From Lepidodermella squamata (taxonomy: Eukaryota > Animalia > Gastrotricha): a stretch of DNA of 64,000 nucleotides. The stretch spans positions 1,798,001 through 1,862,000 of the forward strand of contig JBLDXI010000003.1 of the NCBI GenBank assembly GCA_047495785.1. The letters are read 5' to 3'. Each line of letters starts with the position of its first letter. Within the stretch, counting starts at the first letter, position 1. A program made the position numbers and the translations under genes. Below are positions 18,101 through 32,982 of this stretch, in pieces. Below the pieces are notes generated by a model. The model was not told the origin of the DNA and did not search any database. It worked only from the letters and a program-made list of their open reading frames with translations.

Positions 18101-19329
18101 AAATTTTAAGCTGGATTTCTTATTTTCGTTATTAACAACGGTCATCTTTCATACGCACTATACACCATTCCCCATTTTCACTCGTCCGAGTGTCTGATTA
18201 ACGAAAATAACCAACTGGGAAGGAACAGGAACTCTTCCCTTGTGTCTCGGGCAAAACCTCGAATTCAGCCCTTGAAAATACCCTCGGGCTTCGCTTCGCT
18301 GCGCTCCGCTACGCCCTCGGGCATTTTCAGCGGGGAGAATTCTCGGTTCTGCCCTCAACACCGGGAAGAATTCCTTAATTCCGAGTGATCTCAAGCTTGA
18401 ATTGGCAGGTGTCATCCACCGCTAGCCAACTATTCACTTTCAGCGAGTGCATTAACTATGTAAATTTGAACATCAGCTCGGCACGCTTGCTGGATGTTAG
18501 ATTCATTGTTTATTTCTGCGCAGAGCAAATATATCAGTTATTATTACTTGCGAAGTACTTCACCTTCTGCCTTCATTTCATGCCAGATGGATTATGTTAC
18601 ACAATTAGACAATACTTTCATCCAGGTAATAAGCTAGTGCTCATTTATTAAGACTTATATAACCCGTTTCAGCTGGCAACATACGACAGCCAGAGCGATT
18701 GTTTCTCCAACGCCCAAAATGTGGTTTTGTGACTAAAATATTTAAAAATCCTCTTGTAACTGAAATATTTCAGAAAAAGTATACCGGCTTTGTCAGATGT
18801 TTGACCAATTCTCAATATTCCTCGTCGGGCCCTCGAGCTATAACTTGCCGTCCTGTTGAGATCGTTGGCACGGCATGCACCAGTTATGATTTGACCACCC
18901 AATCAGTGAGTTTCAAATTAATCTATGAAGATAATCCTTAGCGCACTCGGATGAAACCGGTGGAAATACCTTTCAGGAAGGTGGGCCCTACCCGACAGTA
19001 TATGAGTGTCTCAGCGCCAATGTTGGACTCGGCCCTGTATGATTTACCAGGAATTTTCTAGCAAGAGGCTGTCAAATTCACTATGCTTTTTAGGCGAAGT
19101 GTTGCTGTGAACGTGGCGGAATTAAAACTTTAATAGGCACCATACAGAACGACACATCGATCACTTCTCACGGCCAATCTGCTTACTGTTCATGTCCAAC
19201 CGGAGCAACGGTAATAGGCTCAACATTGTGTTTGACTATAATATGAATAATTCTCTAATTTCCAATCTGAAGCGACACATCTACGACGAATACTACAGCA
19301 ACGCTGAAACTTCAACTCAATGCGGATGA
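12103..19329 (+). CDS. Secreted modular Cys-rich protein, all-phase-0 17-exon family, copy 1 (~490 aa)
   Basis: Hand-spliced from signal peptide MLLINILILALYAHVKWPFAEA through 17 exons bounded by AG/GT with no stops, ending RHIYDEYYSNAETSTQCG*. Exon-by-exon homology to copies 2 and 3. Confidence 0.85.
13197..13360. mobile_element. MITE-like foldback element, degenerate copy (in intron 7 of copy 1)
   Basis: CGTTGAATTACTCGGATTTAGGCATGCTTACGT is partly mirrored by ACGTAAGCATGCCTTAAT. Same terminus as the element at 20420. Confidence 0.6.
16240..18385 (-). mobile_element. Crypton-like tyrosine-recombinase DNA transposon inserted in intron 10 of copy 1 (boundaries approximate)
   Basis: The equivalent intron is ~55 nt in copies 2 and 3 but ~2.2 kb here. 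Contains a YR gene and a long subterminal hairpin. Confidence 0.8.
16524..18009 (-). CDS. Tyrosine recombinase, DUF3504/CryptonA-type (exons 18009-17288, 17238-16524)
   Basis: A 49-nt GT-AG intron gives ..FGLRGRDEHLQMK-FGDVQL... Catalytic set R (GLRG), K (QTKT), HxxR (TNHSAR), H (TGHAS) and Y (LNSYH) all present. Confidence 0.88.
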
Positions 19330-20419
19330 GCAGGCAACCACAGATTCTTCGCTTAGAATTAAATGAGCAGGACCAGTCATTCTTGAAACTTGAAAGTGGG
19401 GTCCGGGCAATTTTGAAAAGGGTTGCGGAAGGTTTTGGGGTCGTGGGGTCGCGAGAGTCGTGACAAGAAACACTCAAAGCCCACTTTTAACGCATTTTTA
19501 GCCTATTTTCAGAAAGAAGAAAGATTTCGTCAGCTAAAGCTCGCTTCGCTCGCAAAGGTTAATTAATTCACGGGTTTGAAGTTTGGAGGCCAAATATTAA
19601 TTGGCCAAAATATTACATAAAATTTCTTTCACGTTTTGACGTTTTGAGAGTGGTCGGTCGCGACTTCAGTTGAATGACCAATCAGGGTTCGCGTAATAAT
19701 TCAGTCAGTTACAAGCGGCCGGTTTAGGGTTCAAGAGGCAATGCGGCCGGAAAGGTCGCCAGCCAGCCGCCATTTTTGACCGAGAGCGAAAATAGTTAGA
19801 GAACCACTGGCTTGACGTATTTCGGAGTAATTCGAGTAATGCTTGATATGTAACTCGATTGGCTTGATTCGTATACGACAAAACCTGACCCACTATTCAA
19901 GTTTGGGCATTTGGGATGGGGATTGGGATGGCATTTCACTATTTTTGCGCTAACTTCCTAATGAAATACTACGTCAAGAGCAAAATGCCACGGACTAATA
20001 GTTATCAAAGAAAACAATCATGCGCAGAAGTATAATTTACAAAGCGCATCCACTTGGTCATTTTGGCTGGAATCTTATCTGTAATTAGGGCTATCAGGAA
20101 TGCTTACGGCACTTCAAACCGATCTATTGGCGAGAATGCAAAATAATTCTCAGAGTTTCAGAGTAAGTGAAGGCAAAAAAGTGGCGCCTACTTCAAGATG
20201 AGTTACGGGTAGATCTCTGAAGCAACTGGAGCGATTTGTTCTGCTTGGCAAGCGCAGCTTTTTAGAGACAAATCTGATCTGCTCTGGGGTTTAAATTTAA
20301 CACTTAATGAGCTTAATTAGTCTCCAATAGATGTAGACATTCTTCGTTTTGAAATGGAAGAAAACAGCCAAACCAAAGCAGTCAAAGCAGGATGCATCGC
20401 CTCACTACTCCGTAGTTGT

Positions 20420-20590
20420 GAGCGCCGTTGAATAACTCGGATTCAGGCTTGTTCACGTCAGTTACAGACAGTTGATGGGTGACAAGTTCCCCTCATTCAC
20501 ATAAAAACGCTCCAATTACCTTTCACTTGTCACTATTCATCTTGTAACTGACATATAAAAGCCCAAACCCGAGTTATTCAACGACGCTTA
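20420..20590. mobile_element. MITE-like element, ~170 bp, with long terminal inverted repeats
   Basis: AGCGCCGTTGAATAACTCGGATTCAGGCTT..GTCAGTTAC mirrors GTAACTGAC..AAGCCCAAACCCGAGTTATTCAACGACGCT. Related copies at 13197, 42541 and 58338. Confidence 0.75.
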
Positions 20591-21793
20591 CGCTCCCATT
20601 TCTGTGGCTTGTTAATTTAGTTATCGTTATAGTTACATAGTTAGCTAGATACCCAATGGAGTATCGCCGTCATCTTTTCTTGAAAATTGTTACTCCGGTT
20701 AAAAGTGATACACTTTCAGAAAACTTTAAATATCGCTTGTTTCCTAATTGCGACACTTCAAAGATTATCCGCTAACTTCCAGGGACGAGATCTACTTTCA
20801 ACAAAATTAAGTGTTCACAAATGTCATTTATAATTTTTCGTAGAAATCAGATTAACTTTCTATTTAGAATGGGTCATTTCAAAAATAGTTGGTAATGATT
20901 CATTAACATCTTATTGCAATATCTCCGAAGCTATTAAAGTAGAAATAGGGCATCCTACATCCTATTAGCTGCTGTATTAAATGTTAAATTCTGCATTGTT
21001 GATAGGATTATTTTACTTCAACTTGTACTCGAAGTCTCCTCTTCAGTTATAGCTGATTGGATATTGGAAATTGATTTGGAAGCGAAACTGGAAAATTGGC
21101 GAAATTCCGGTAAAAGGTCGTTACTCTACTATTGCTGAGTGCTGGCTATTTCGATATATTCAATCTGTTATCACCATATTTGTTGGAACAAAGTTTCATG
21201 AATTATTCTCATGGTTTCATTTCCTTTGTTCATTTTCGAGTATCTCGCTGCGTTGAAAATAAAGATGCACGGCAACGGGTTACGGCAGTTCGTTTTTGCT
21301 ACCTGTAAAATCTTAAATCGAAGAATTCCAGATTCCAGAAGAGCAGGAGAAAACTTTGAAAAGTCATAGAAAAGATAAGCGAAGAAGCAGAATTTCTCTA
21401 TTCTCTTCAAGCGCAAGAGCGCAAGAGCGCAAGATAGCAATCGCAGCTAATGGCAATTTTATAGCCCTTGAACCGAAAGTAGTAATTTGGGATGCAACCG
21501 CTCCGCAGTTGTAAACAACCGCCATATAGCAGTATAATTATATATAGAAATATACGCTAGCACTGGCGGTCCCTTACGTCGCAACACGAACGATATGTAC
21601 GTATCAAACGATGACTGATGATCTTCGATTGAATTCCGTAAACATGTGTCTATGTTGAATTCATTCCACTTAGAATTTGGGAAGTTAGTAAATCAAAATT
21701 ATGCACAAACATATGTGAATCGTTATCGTTTCTGTAGTTACGACATACCATCGCTCACGAATATGATTTTCAAGCAGAGCAGAGCTTTAAAAG

Positions 21794-23336
<1,543 letters not shown>

Positions 23337-23821
23337 AATGTAGTTTCTTTCGGAAAAGAATAAAAGATGAAGTTTAGAACGAATTAATCCGCGTATATCT
23401 CCTGCTATTAATCGGCTGTTGATTCTTAGTGGGCCTGGGCTGGGTTAGCCCTTATTTAGCCTCATGCAGGTCAGCAGGTTAGTTTTATATAAGGACAAGC
23501 CTTGTGTGGGCCCACGGCATACGGCATACGGCATACGTACTTGGCTATAATAACATGACGTTTGTAGCTGTGATAGTCAAAGCTGAAACCGGATGTTTTG
23601 CATTAAGCATTATGTGTTGTAAGCTAAGCCATGGGTCTGTTGCTTAATACTTACGTTGAGATGAGGCATTTTATTAAGAACATTGCCACGAATTACGTGC
23701 CAAGATAATCTTGATAGCGTGAAGTGAAACAGCAGTACACTTAAATGCTTGTTTCAACGGACGCGCATAATCAAACAATTTTCAAGAGAAATATCGTCAT
23801 TATATGTTTATCTAAGCTGAA

Positions 23822-26800
23822 ATGCACCTTCTCCTGGTCAATTTTCTATTCTTGGCATCATACACATACGCGAGGTGGCCGGTCGTGAAGGCATGTTCCC
23901 CTAGTAGCTCATACGATACAAATACAGCCCCAGTTGTGCGCCGTATGGTAAGTACCTGAAGCCCTATCAGCGATTAATAAAATAACAGTGACTTTAAGTT
24001 CATTCAATGCTATGCAAACGGGGTTGGAACTTGCCGACAGGATAGTTGCCAGTCAGGCGAAACTGCTGTACTTTTTTGGATTCACAATACTCTAAAAGCA
24101 AGAACGTTCTCCGGTTTTAGATATCCGACAAATTTTCCGATCAGACCGTTTGCCAGAAGTTCACTCAGGTACCTATTTGATTCATGGTTTTGAGACTTTC
24201 GAGCCGTAGACCCTTGGCAGAGTTACGTTATTTGTGTCTATGGCAATGACACCTTAACATGTGTACCTGCTATTCCTGGATGTTCGGGGTTATTGCGTTA
24301 CTCCTCTCAGGTTACCTTTACAATATACGTGTAACTTTCTTCAACTGACGTTGATGGAACAGTATAGCGCGTCGGTTTACGAATCGATAGAGAGGTGCCT
24401 TTCATCTGCGAGTACAAAGACAACAACGGCAAAGACAGCTTCAGCTGCAGCAACAACGACGTTGGCAACGCTTGCCACGGTGAGAATCTTTCTCAATGAC
24501 GTTTGTCATGTGAGTAAATTCGAATCTCAGCAGACAGGAAAATGGATCAGATGCTCCGACGGTTCCACTCCATTTTGCCGTGTAAATCAATGTAGTGCTG
24601 GTGAATTCAGGGTGAGTTCGAAGTAAAAAGCAATGTAAAATTACAATCAGTATCACAGTACAATCAGTTTCTCGTATTAAAAATTTTTAAGATTGAATAT
24701 GCCAATGAATTTTTATTGGCATGAAAGTATCAAAGTAGCAATGAGAAAAGTCCATCATTTAGTTCAACATTCGCTTTGATCGATTTCTATTTTAAAAATT
24801 GCTGAAAATGTGTTTCATGAATTGATTCCCATTCCACTGAACAGGCCAGCTTTACATCAGCCGTCAACTACGATTCGGAAAACGCATGTTCCTCCTCATT
24901 ATACGTAAGTAACTTAAGTAACTTTAGATGTAATTATCTCTCTTAGGCTTTCTAGATTTTAGCTTCGAACCTACTTTTCAAGCAATTTTGAAATTTGTTG
25001 ATAGGTTGCGGTGACATGTTACCAGCCGACAGCGGATATAGATTATCAACTTTTCATCATCGTTCCTGGTTACGATCACATAGCGCCTGCTGGGTGCAAA
25101 AGTGGGCAAGTAAAGATCAACTCCGGGGTAAGAATCGTATTCTGCAGTTGGGCTCAACTTATTTTGCGACAAAAGACACTGTATGACGCTCCTTGTATAG
25201 AGAATTGGCGTTTTAGGTCAAAACAGCGAAAAAGTGACTGAATCGCCCGCGAGTTGGCGAGCTTTCCGTGAATTTTCGACCTGGAAGGGCATAATACATT
25301 GTTTGATTGAGGCTAAAAAACGATACAGCAATTTGCAAGATGCAAGCTTTGAAAAAACTCCACAATTAAAACTCTGGAATAGGCTGTGAATTCCCGCGCG
25401 ATTGTAATAGAAAAGGCGCAAGAGATATGTGCCTAGTAATCGAGATTTCGTATTTGCGTTTGGGTAAGCGAAGGCACGCTTGGGTATAAGGTATAAGGAA
25501 CTTCTAGTATGCTCACCGTGAAGATTTTCTTCGCTGTTATGAGTAACCATCATTTCGAGCTGAATTGGTCGCATCTCACCTATCACATAGATTATTTTTT
25601 TACGAAACGATTAAATGGGGCGATGCATCGTTCGACTTCAACGACTTCCCCTTTTCCAAGATGTATTAATTTCACAATTTCGCTGGTTACGTAACATTTG
25701 TGACGTCATTAAAAAAAGTTCCCGTGGAAGCTAAAATCGATCAATTTAGCACATTTTTGATCAGCTGTCGGCATACACCTGTTACGTTCACCAGCAAGAT
25801 AATTATTTGTAAGAGTTACTTGGTTAATAGAGTTAATAGATGATCATTTCCTGTAATTTTCGACTCGAACCGATAATTGGTAATTACGTAAGCTCAATTT
25901 AAATAATGCAGCGATATTTGTCCCTGTTGCCCGACAGTTGCCATCTAACTTCCACGTTCTGCCTCGAACTCGGCGATCAAGGTGACTATTTCGCCCTTTT
26001 TCAAATCGCTTTTTCAAATGATTAAGTATTCCAATATCTTAAATCATTGATTGATTGTTTGTTGTTCGTTAATGAAAAAAACGCGTCACCGATAGATAAT
26101 TTATCTGTTTTTTTTACCGTCGCCGACAGAGGAGAATCAGTAATTTTCATTTTTATTTTGCTTCACGTGTATTTTACCTGGGCTAGGTTCACAAAATCTT
26201 TTACCCAATGACTAGTGAGTAGTTATAATGTGATAAATCCATCTTATGGGTGCTAATAAGTCGTTCATCTCATTTTCTCATTTTTACCCAAATGGTCCTC
26301 ATTGCAGCAATTTTCGCAGCAAGAACCTGTGAGTTCTAGCACAAGAAGAACTATTTGTCTTCGCAGATTGGTTTGTTTGATGATATTTATACACTCATAA
26401 CATCAAAAAGCGTTGGGGTTCACTCCCAGCGGCTCGGAAGAATCTAATTCGCATCATTAGCTAAGAAGCGCCACCATAGATGATGAAGGCCACCCGCTGA
26501 ATTGATATGTCAATGATTAAATGATGATTTTCCCCTTATATTCCACTCTGCTTGTCCAATCATATTCGCAAATACTTATTCGTTCGGCTTTAAGGAAAAG
26601 CAATGAAATTATCACTACAAAGCTCGAGGACACTATTTTTGACTAAAGTTTTTGACAATCAAAAGATGGTTTACAAGCATCTTTTGCAGTATGGTAGCTT
26701 TGAAGGCTTGGCTAATTGAGCGTTTTATTTTTCTCGGCAACAGCGTTAGGCAGGTCGATTTCCTGGCATTTTAGATCATTGAAGCTCTTGAAGAAGTTCC

Positions 26801-28611
26801 CTGAACAGCCCCACGATTTTTCTTTTGTAGAAGCTTCTAGTGACCGATCAATCGCCCGAACGATTATTCTTCGACTTGCCGGACCCAAAAAGAGCGATTT
26901 TCAAAATAGCGCCATGATTAAAATCCGATGCGATTGACAAAAAATTGCGCAAATAACTACTGTCATGATGTGGGCCAGTTGGGAGTACTAATTAATTCAT
27001 TCATTTAGATCTATTCATTCCACAGAAGTGGGCAATGGCCGATTAAATCAGAAATCAAATGTAAATCAAATCAGATATAACTCTCTGATATGTCTCTGAA
27101 CCTCTAAAGGATGATTCCACTTCCGCCATAGATTGCTTCAACCTACCTATATTCGCAATATGCCGACATTGATAAGCTGATCACAATAACCTATGGCTAT
27201 TACCCACAGAAAATTCTTTCCTACGCAGACCTGAATACGGTGAGTTCATAATATCATTTCCTTATTCATTCAGTAAAAGTCTATCGGAAACAACTCGAAC
27301 AGATGAAATACAAGATATGCATCCGCAGCAACTCACCTGTTTGCAGACCCGTGGCATTGGGTTGTTATAATCCAAATCCGGACAATTCGGAAGTTTTGGT
27401 AATAGCAGCTTGAAATTAGCTTGAAATGTGTAAATTCAAATATGCATTGGCAGTTGGCATCCACCGCTAGTCAAACATTCACCTACAAAGAGTGCACTGA
27501 ATATCAGGTAAATTTGATCATTATTTCAGCGAGTCGAACTAAATTCTCCGGGTTTTTTCGTTATTAATTTGAAATATCCTGAAATAACCCTGATCGATGT
27601 CTGAAAAAAACGTCAAAAATACTCAAAATAGCCAGAAAGCGAGCTAATAAGGCTTCCGACGTCTAAGTTCAGAGCGTTGTTTGAGAGTTTTTTGTTATTT
27701 TGCAAGGATTTTCACTGACTTTGTCACGGATATTTGGGATATTTCAAAGTAATGGCCTTATCACGCGGAGGAATTTGTTTTCTGGAAGCCTCATTTTCTA
27801 TTCATTCACAGAGAAAATTCATCAGCTATTATGACACGGCTGTAACGTCACCGTTGACAACTGATACCACCAAGTGTCAGACCGAATATGTCACTCAATT
27901 GGGCAGTAGTTTCATCAAGGTAATACATATGTCTGGGAAAATGGGATGAAAATAACTTGGCTAAAACGTTTCAGCTGGCATCATACGATAGCCTTGAAGA
28001 TTGTTCCACCAATGTCCAAAATGTGGTTTTTCTAAATTAATAACTGATGATCTCTTGAAGCACTGGATTATTTTAGAAAAAATATACTGGCTTTGTCAGA
28101 TGTTTGACTCAAACCCGATTTGTTCATTGGATAAGTCTTCAAGCTATTGTTTACCGTCCTGTCGAGATCGTTGGCAATACTTGCACCAGTTCAGACTTGA
28201 GCAACCAACCTGTGAGTTTCAAAATACTTGGCGTACACAGGTATAACTGTTTTAAATACCTTTCAGGAAGGCCCCTACGCGACACAATATGACTGTCTTA
28301 GCGCTAATGTTGGAACCGGCCCTGTAAGACTTTACCATAATTTCACAGCAAGATGCTGGCACTATTTTTCAGGCGAAGTTTTGCTGTGAAAGTGCAGGAT
28401 TGAAAACTCTAATAGGCACTATCCAAAACGACATATCGATAACTTCCCGTGGCCAAAGTGCTTACTGTTCTTGCCCAAGCGGAACTACGGTAATAGGCTC
28501 AAAAATATAATAGCATATTTTCATATTTTTTCGGTAATTTTCATTCTGAAGCGATACGTCTACGACGAATACTACAGCTCAACTGACACTTCCAATGCTT
28601 TCTGCGCATGA
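23822..28611 (+). CDS. Secreted modular Cys-rich protein, all-phase-0 17-exon family, copy 2
   Basis: MHLLLVNFLFLASYTYARWPVVKACSPSS... 17 exons, all GT-AG and open, ending RYVYDEYYSSTDTSNAFCA*. Confidence 0.85.
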
Positions 28612-28914
28612 GCAGCCAATCCCTGATTTCTGTGTTCAGTAGCGGATGCGCGTGGAAGTAGAGTTATGCTCGAGAATCAACACAATTTGAATTCTCATTC
28701 ATTCGGATGTCGACTGATGAATAAATTCCCCTTTTCAAGTGGAGCATTTGTTAAAAACTAATACGCACCTAATACGCATGTGACTCGTTTCCGCTTTTAG
28801 TGATTATGAAAACATGGCAAACTTGAAAATATCCTCTGATAATTAACGATAACAAGATTCCTGCGGAGGTGAAAACATCGTACTCGATTAGGAATCGATA
28901 GCTTTATTCAAATC

Positions 28915-28980
28915 AAGTCAGGCCTTGCCAGCCAATCCAAAGTCGATATTTGCCTCCATAGTGAGATCAGCTACAGCAGA
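28915..28980 (+). pseudogene. Small remnant of the ABCC 3' end
   Basis: TCAGGCCTTGCCAGCCAATCCAAAGTCGATATTTGCCTCCATAGTGAGATCAGCTACAGCA matches 11446-11506. Confidence 0.75.
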
Positions 28981-29615
28981 TCAGAAATCTGGCTGTTGAC
29001 AGTTTAGATATTATTTAGTTTCGACACGAATGAAATTAAAGGGAAGTGAAAAGAATGCGAAGAATTGATTAATTGATTTCTGGACCTGTTCTGGACCGGA
29101 AAAGAGCGAACTAGGACCGCGGATCTGGTGGGGATCACAAACATCGACATAAGGGTCCTCCCTTTGGTCTTTGAACGAGCCTACCGTACAGACTGATGGA
29201 ACATGGAACCCTTGGACTTTAATTCGAATTATGTGGAAGAACGAAGGAAAGTGGTCGTGAAACGTTAATAAATTAATTTCTGTATCTGTTGCTCATATTG
29301 CGAAAAGGCGGTCAAATTTGCAATGAAAACCGGATGTTAATTCACAATTCACATTATTACGCATCCTCATGTAGCGGGTTCGTGACTCTTATTTTGTAAC
29401 TAATGCATGCGAGAGTGTCATAGTTTCGCTAGTACGCAAACGGAAAGAGAAAAACACTTCTATAGGATGACGTAAATGACTTAAATTGCTGTTGCACGTG
29501 TTTCAAGCCACGGTACAATTAGAATGATGTACAAATTTCGACTTGTTCACGTATGCATCGCTGCTATATTTCCTATATAATTTCTGAAAAAAACTCTCGA
29601 TTGCTGAAAATTGAA

Positions 29616-32600
29616 ATGCATGTGCTGATTCTTCTAATGGCAATGTTCGGATACTTGAATCGGCTGTTCGTGGAGGCATGCTCCCCAAGTAGCATCTCTG
29701 CCGATGGAAATACAGCCCCAGCTGCGCGTCGTATGGTAGGTTTCTGAAGCTCTCTAAGCGAATATTTAAAAAAAAATCGTTAACTTCAAGTATCTTCAAT
29801 GCTATACTAACGGCGTTGGAACTTGTCGACAAGACACCTGCCAATCAGGCGAAACCGCTGTAATTTTCAGGAATTTCGGATGCTTGCGGAGCACGAATTT
29901 TCTTCGGTTTTCTAGATATCCGACAAGTTCTCCGATCAAACCGTTTGCCAGAAGTTCACTCAGGTATCTGACCCCTGACACTCATGGCTTTGTGATCGTT
30001 GAGTTGTGGTAAATTTACAGCGTTACGTGATTTGCGTACATGGGAATGACACTTTATCATGCGTATCCGCTATTCCTGGCTGTACGGGGGTGTTACGCTT
30101 TGTCTCACAGGTCGCCATCAGCCATTTACTTTTTTACCTTTCTTGGCCTAACTGCTTGTTACGGAACAGTACGGCGCGTCAATCTACGATTCAATAGACA
30201 AATGCATCACTTCCATGAATACAATGACGACAACTATAGCTACAGTAACAATAGTTCCAACAGATTTTCAATTATCGTCATATGTGAATTTCAGCCGTCA
30301 GGAAAGTGGATTCGATGCTCAGATGGTGCTAGTCCATTTTGCCGGGCAAATCAATGTCGTGCCGGTGAATCAAGAGTGAGTTTCGAAAGCAGAACTAACC
30401 AATGTGAAGTTGCTCATATTCGTTATGCTCATTAATATTAGCGCCTTGCTCATTCTGATTTCTTCATAAAGTCCATTACAGTGGCTTTGTCTTATCTCAG
30501 AGAAAAGTATTCTATACTATACCAATTACGATTCTGCCTTCGATCACAAGAGAAGATCTTTCTGTTCAGAGTCAGAAGTATCTGAAATTACGCCTTTCAA
30601 GATGAGACCACGCTGCAGCTATTGCGAAAATGTCTTGGTATTTAGGTAATCGAATGTCTATTTCAATGAACAGCTCAGCTTTACAGCAGCCGTCAACTAC
30701 GATTCCGAAACCGCATGTTCCTCCTCATTATACGTAAGAAATATTTTTGACAAATGATTAGCATATTTGAAGACAATCGAATTCGAGACTCATCAGTAGG
30801 ATGAGTTCGCTTCACAATTTTATATTTTATGACCGATAATTTTAGCTTGAAAGCGATACAAAGGCCGGGCTAAGCCAACGGCCAACGTGAATACCGAATC
30901 AGTACACTGTCCCGTACATTTTTTTACCCGAAATTTCACTCATTTAATCCGATCTCGCCCCAATTTCGTATTATTTTTTGAACACCTGAAACATCGAAAA
31001 TAGCTTGATATAAGCCAGTGTCAGATTGTGACTTTTTGCTGGGAGGGGGATTGTCATTATTGTCGTATTATTTGGCATGACCCAATAGCTATAAGAGAAA
31101 TACGGTAAACTGTAACTAACGAAACTAATCTGTCTGGTAACTTTTTGAATCTGTCGATAGGTTGCGGTGACCTGTTACAAGCCAACATCTGATAATTGGC
31201 CGTATTTCAGCTTCGTTGCTGGTTACGATCACACAGCCCCTGCTGGATGCAAAAGTGGACAAACACAAATTAATTATGGGGTGAGTTAACATTTTCGGCT
31301 TTGAAGCTAAGCTGTGTCTCACTAGAATGCAGAAACTCAATCGAAATCATTAATTGTCTCATTTTTACCGGAGTAATGTATCGATCTAATCAAATCATCG
31401 ACACCGATAAATCACGTTAAATCGCGGGAAACGGGAAATCGGAAGTCTGAGGGTTTTGCATGTTCAAGAAATATATATTGAAGCGCGAATTCGAAGCTGT
31501 TGAACCTTTCCAAACCAAATCAAATAGAAGAATCAAGTGATCTATTCCAAAGATTTGGCTCTAATGTTATGTACTAGAAAACAATGTTTCCTTCATACTT
31601 TAAGATTGCTTCTACTTACTTATATTCACAATACGCCGACATCGAAAACATGCTCTCAGCACAATATGGCAGCACAGATCAGCTTCTGTACAATCTGAAT
31701 ACGGTAAGTTGCAATTCGAATCTCGCTATTTGCTCAACAAATCCCATCGTCATCAGGTCAAATTCAAACGATGCTCCCGCAGCAACTCTTTGGTTTGCAG
31801 ACCCTCGGAATTGGGCTGCTATAATCCAAATCCAGCGAATCAGGAGGAAGTTTTGGTAATGTCAGATTCAAAACGGTAGCTAGCAATTTTGAGCATGCTT
31901 TGGCAGTTGCCATCCACAGCCAGCCAAACATTCACTTACTTCGATTGCAATGGCGCTTCGGTAAATTTGAAAACTAGCACGGCACATCCGCTACATTCGT
32001 TTTAATCTCTGTAAAGGGCAAATGTATCAGCTTTTATGACGTGGAAAGTACGGCACCGGTGTCATCTAATGCCGCCATTATTTGTCGGATGGACTTTTAC
32101 ACATCCAGTAATTTCGTTCAGGTAATACGCTTTTGCGAATGTAATGATGATAATTTATGTAATTAATTCCAGCTGGCAATATACGATAGCGTCAGAGATT
32201 GTGACTCCAACGTTGGAAATGTGGTTTTTTGAAACAAAAATTAGCCGCTTCTCAAACAATCGGATTTTTTCAGAAAAAGTATACCAGCTTTATCAGATGT
32301 CTGACTAAGTCTCTAATGTCATGGACGAACCTCCGAGCTATCACTTGCCGTCCCGTTGAGATAGTTGGCATGACATGCACTAGTTTTGACGTGAGCACCC
32401 AGCCGGTGAGATATACAATTGTTCGCGAGAAAAACCGTTGAGAATACTTTTCAGGAGGGAGGGCCCTACTCAACAGAATATGAATGCCTCAGCGCCAATG
32501 TTGGACTCGGCCCTGTAAGATTATCCCTTAACTTGATAGCAAGATACGGGCAACTTCACTGCTTTTTAGGCGAAGTGTTGCTGTGAACGTAGCGGAAGTA

Positions 32601-32809
32601 GAACACTGATAGGCACCCTCCAAAACGACGTAACGTTAACTGCACGTGGCCAAACTGCTTACTGTTCTTGCCCAAGTGGAGCTACGGTAACATCTCCAGC
32701 ATTCAAATATGATATTTATTTTTATATAATTTTCATCTGACTGATAACTCAGCGATTCGTCTACGACGAATACTACAGCGCCTCTGACGCATCAACTCAA
32801 TGCTCATGA
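29616..32809 (+). CDS. Secreted modular Cys-rich protein, all-phase-0 17-exon family, copy 3 (~477 aa)
   Basis: MHVLILLMAMFGYLNRLFVEACSPSS... 17 exons, all GT-AG and open, ending RFVYDEYYSASDASTQCS*. Confidence 0.85.
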
Positions 32810-32982
32810 CCGTTCAATCTCGGCATAAAATCAGCGGATGCGCATGGAAGCGGAGTTCTGATTGAGAATCAACACTTAAAAATTCGTATTTATTTGAATG
32901 GTGATCGCCGATATTAAAATTGTTTAGAAGATATAAAATCGTATAACGCACATACACGTGTACATCGCCACCGCCTTACTTG

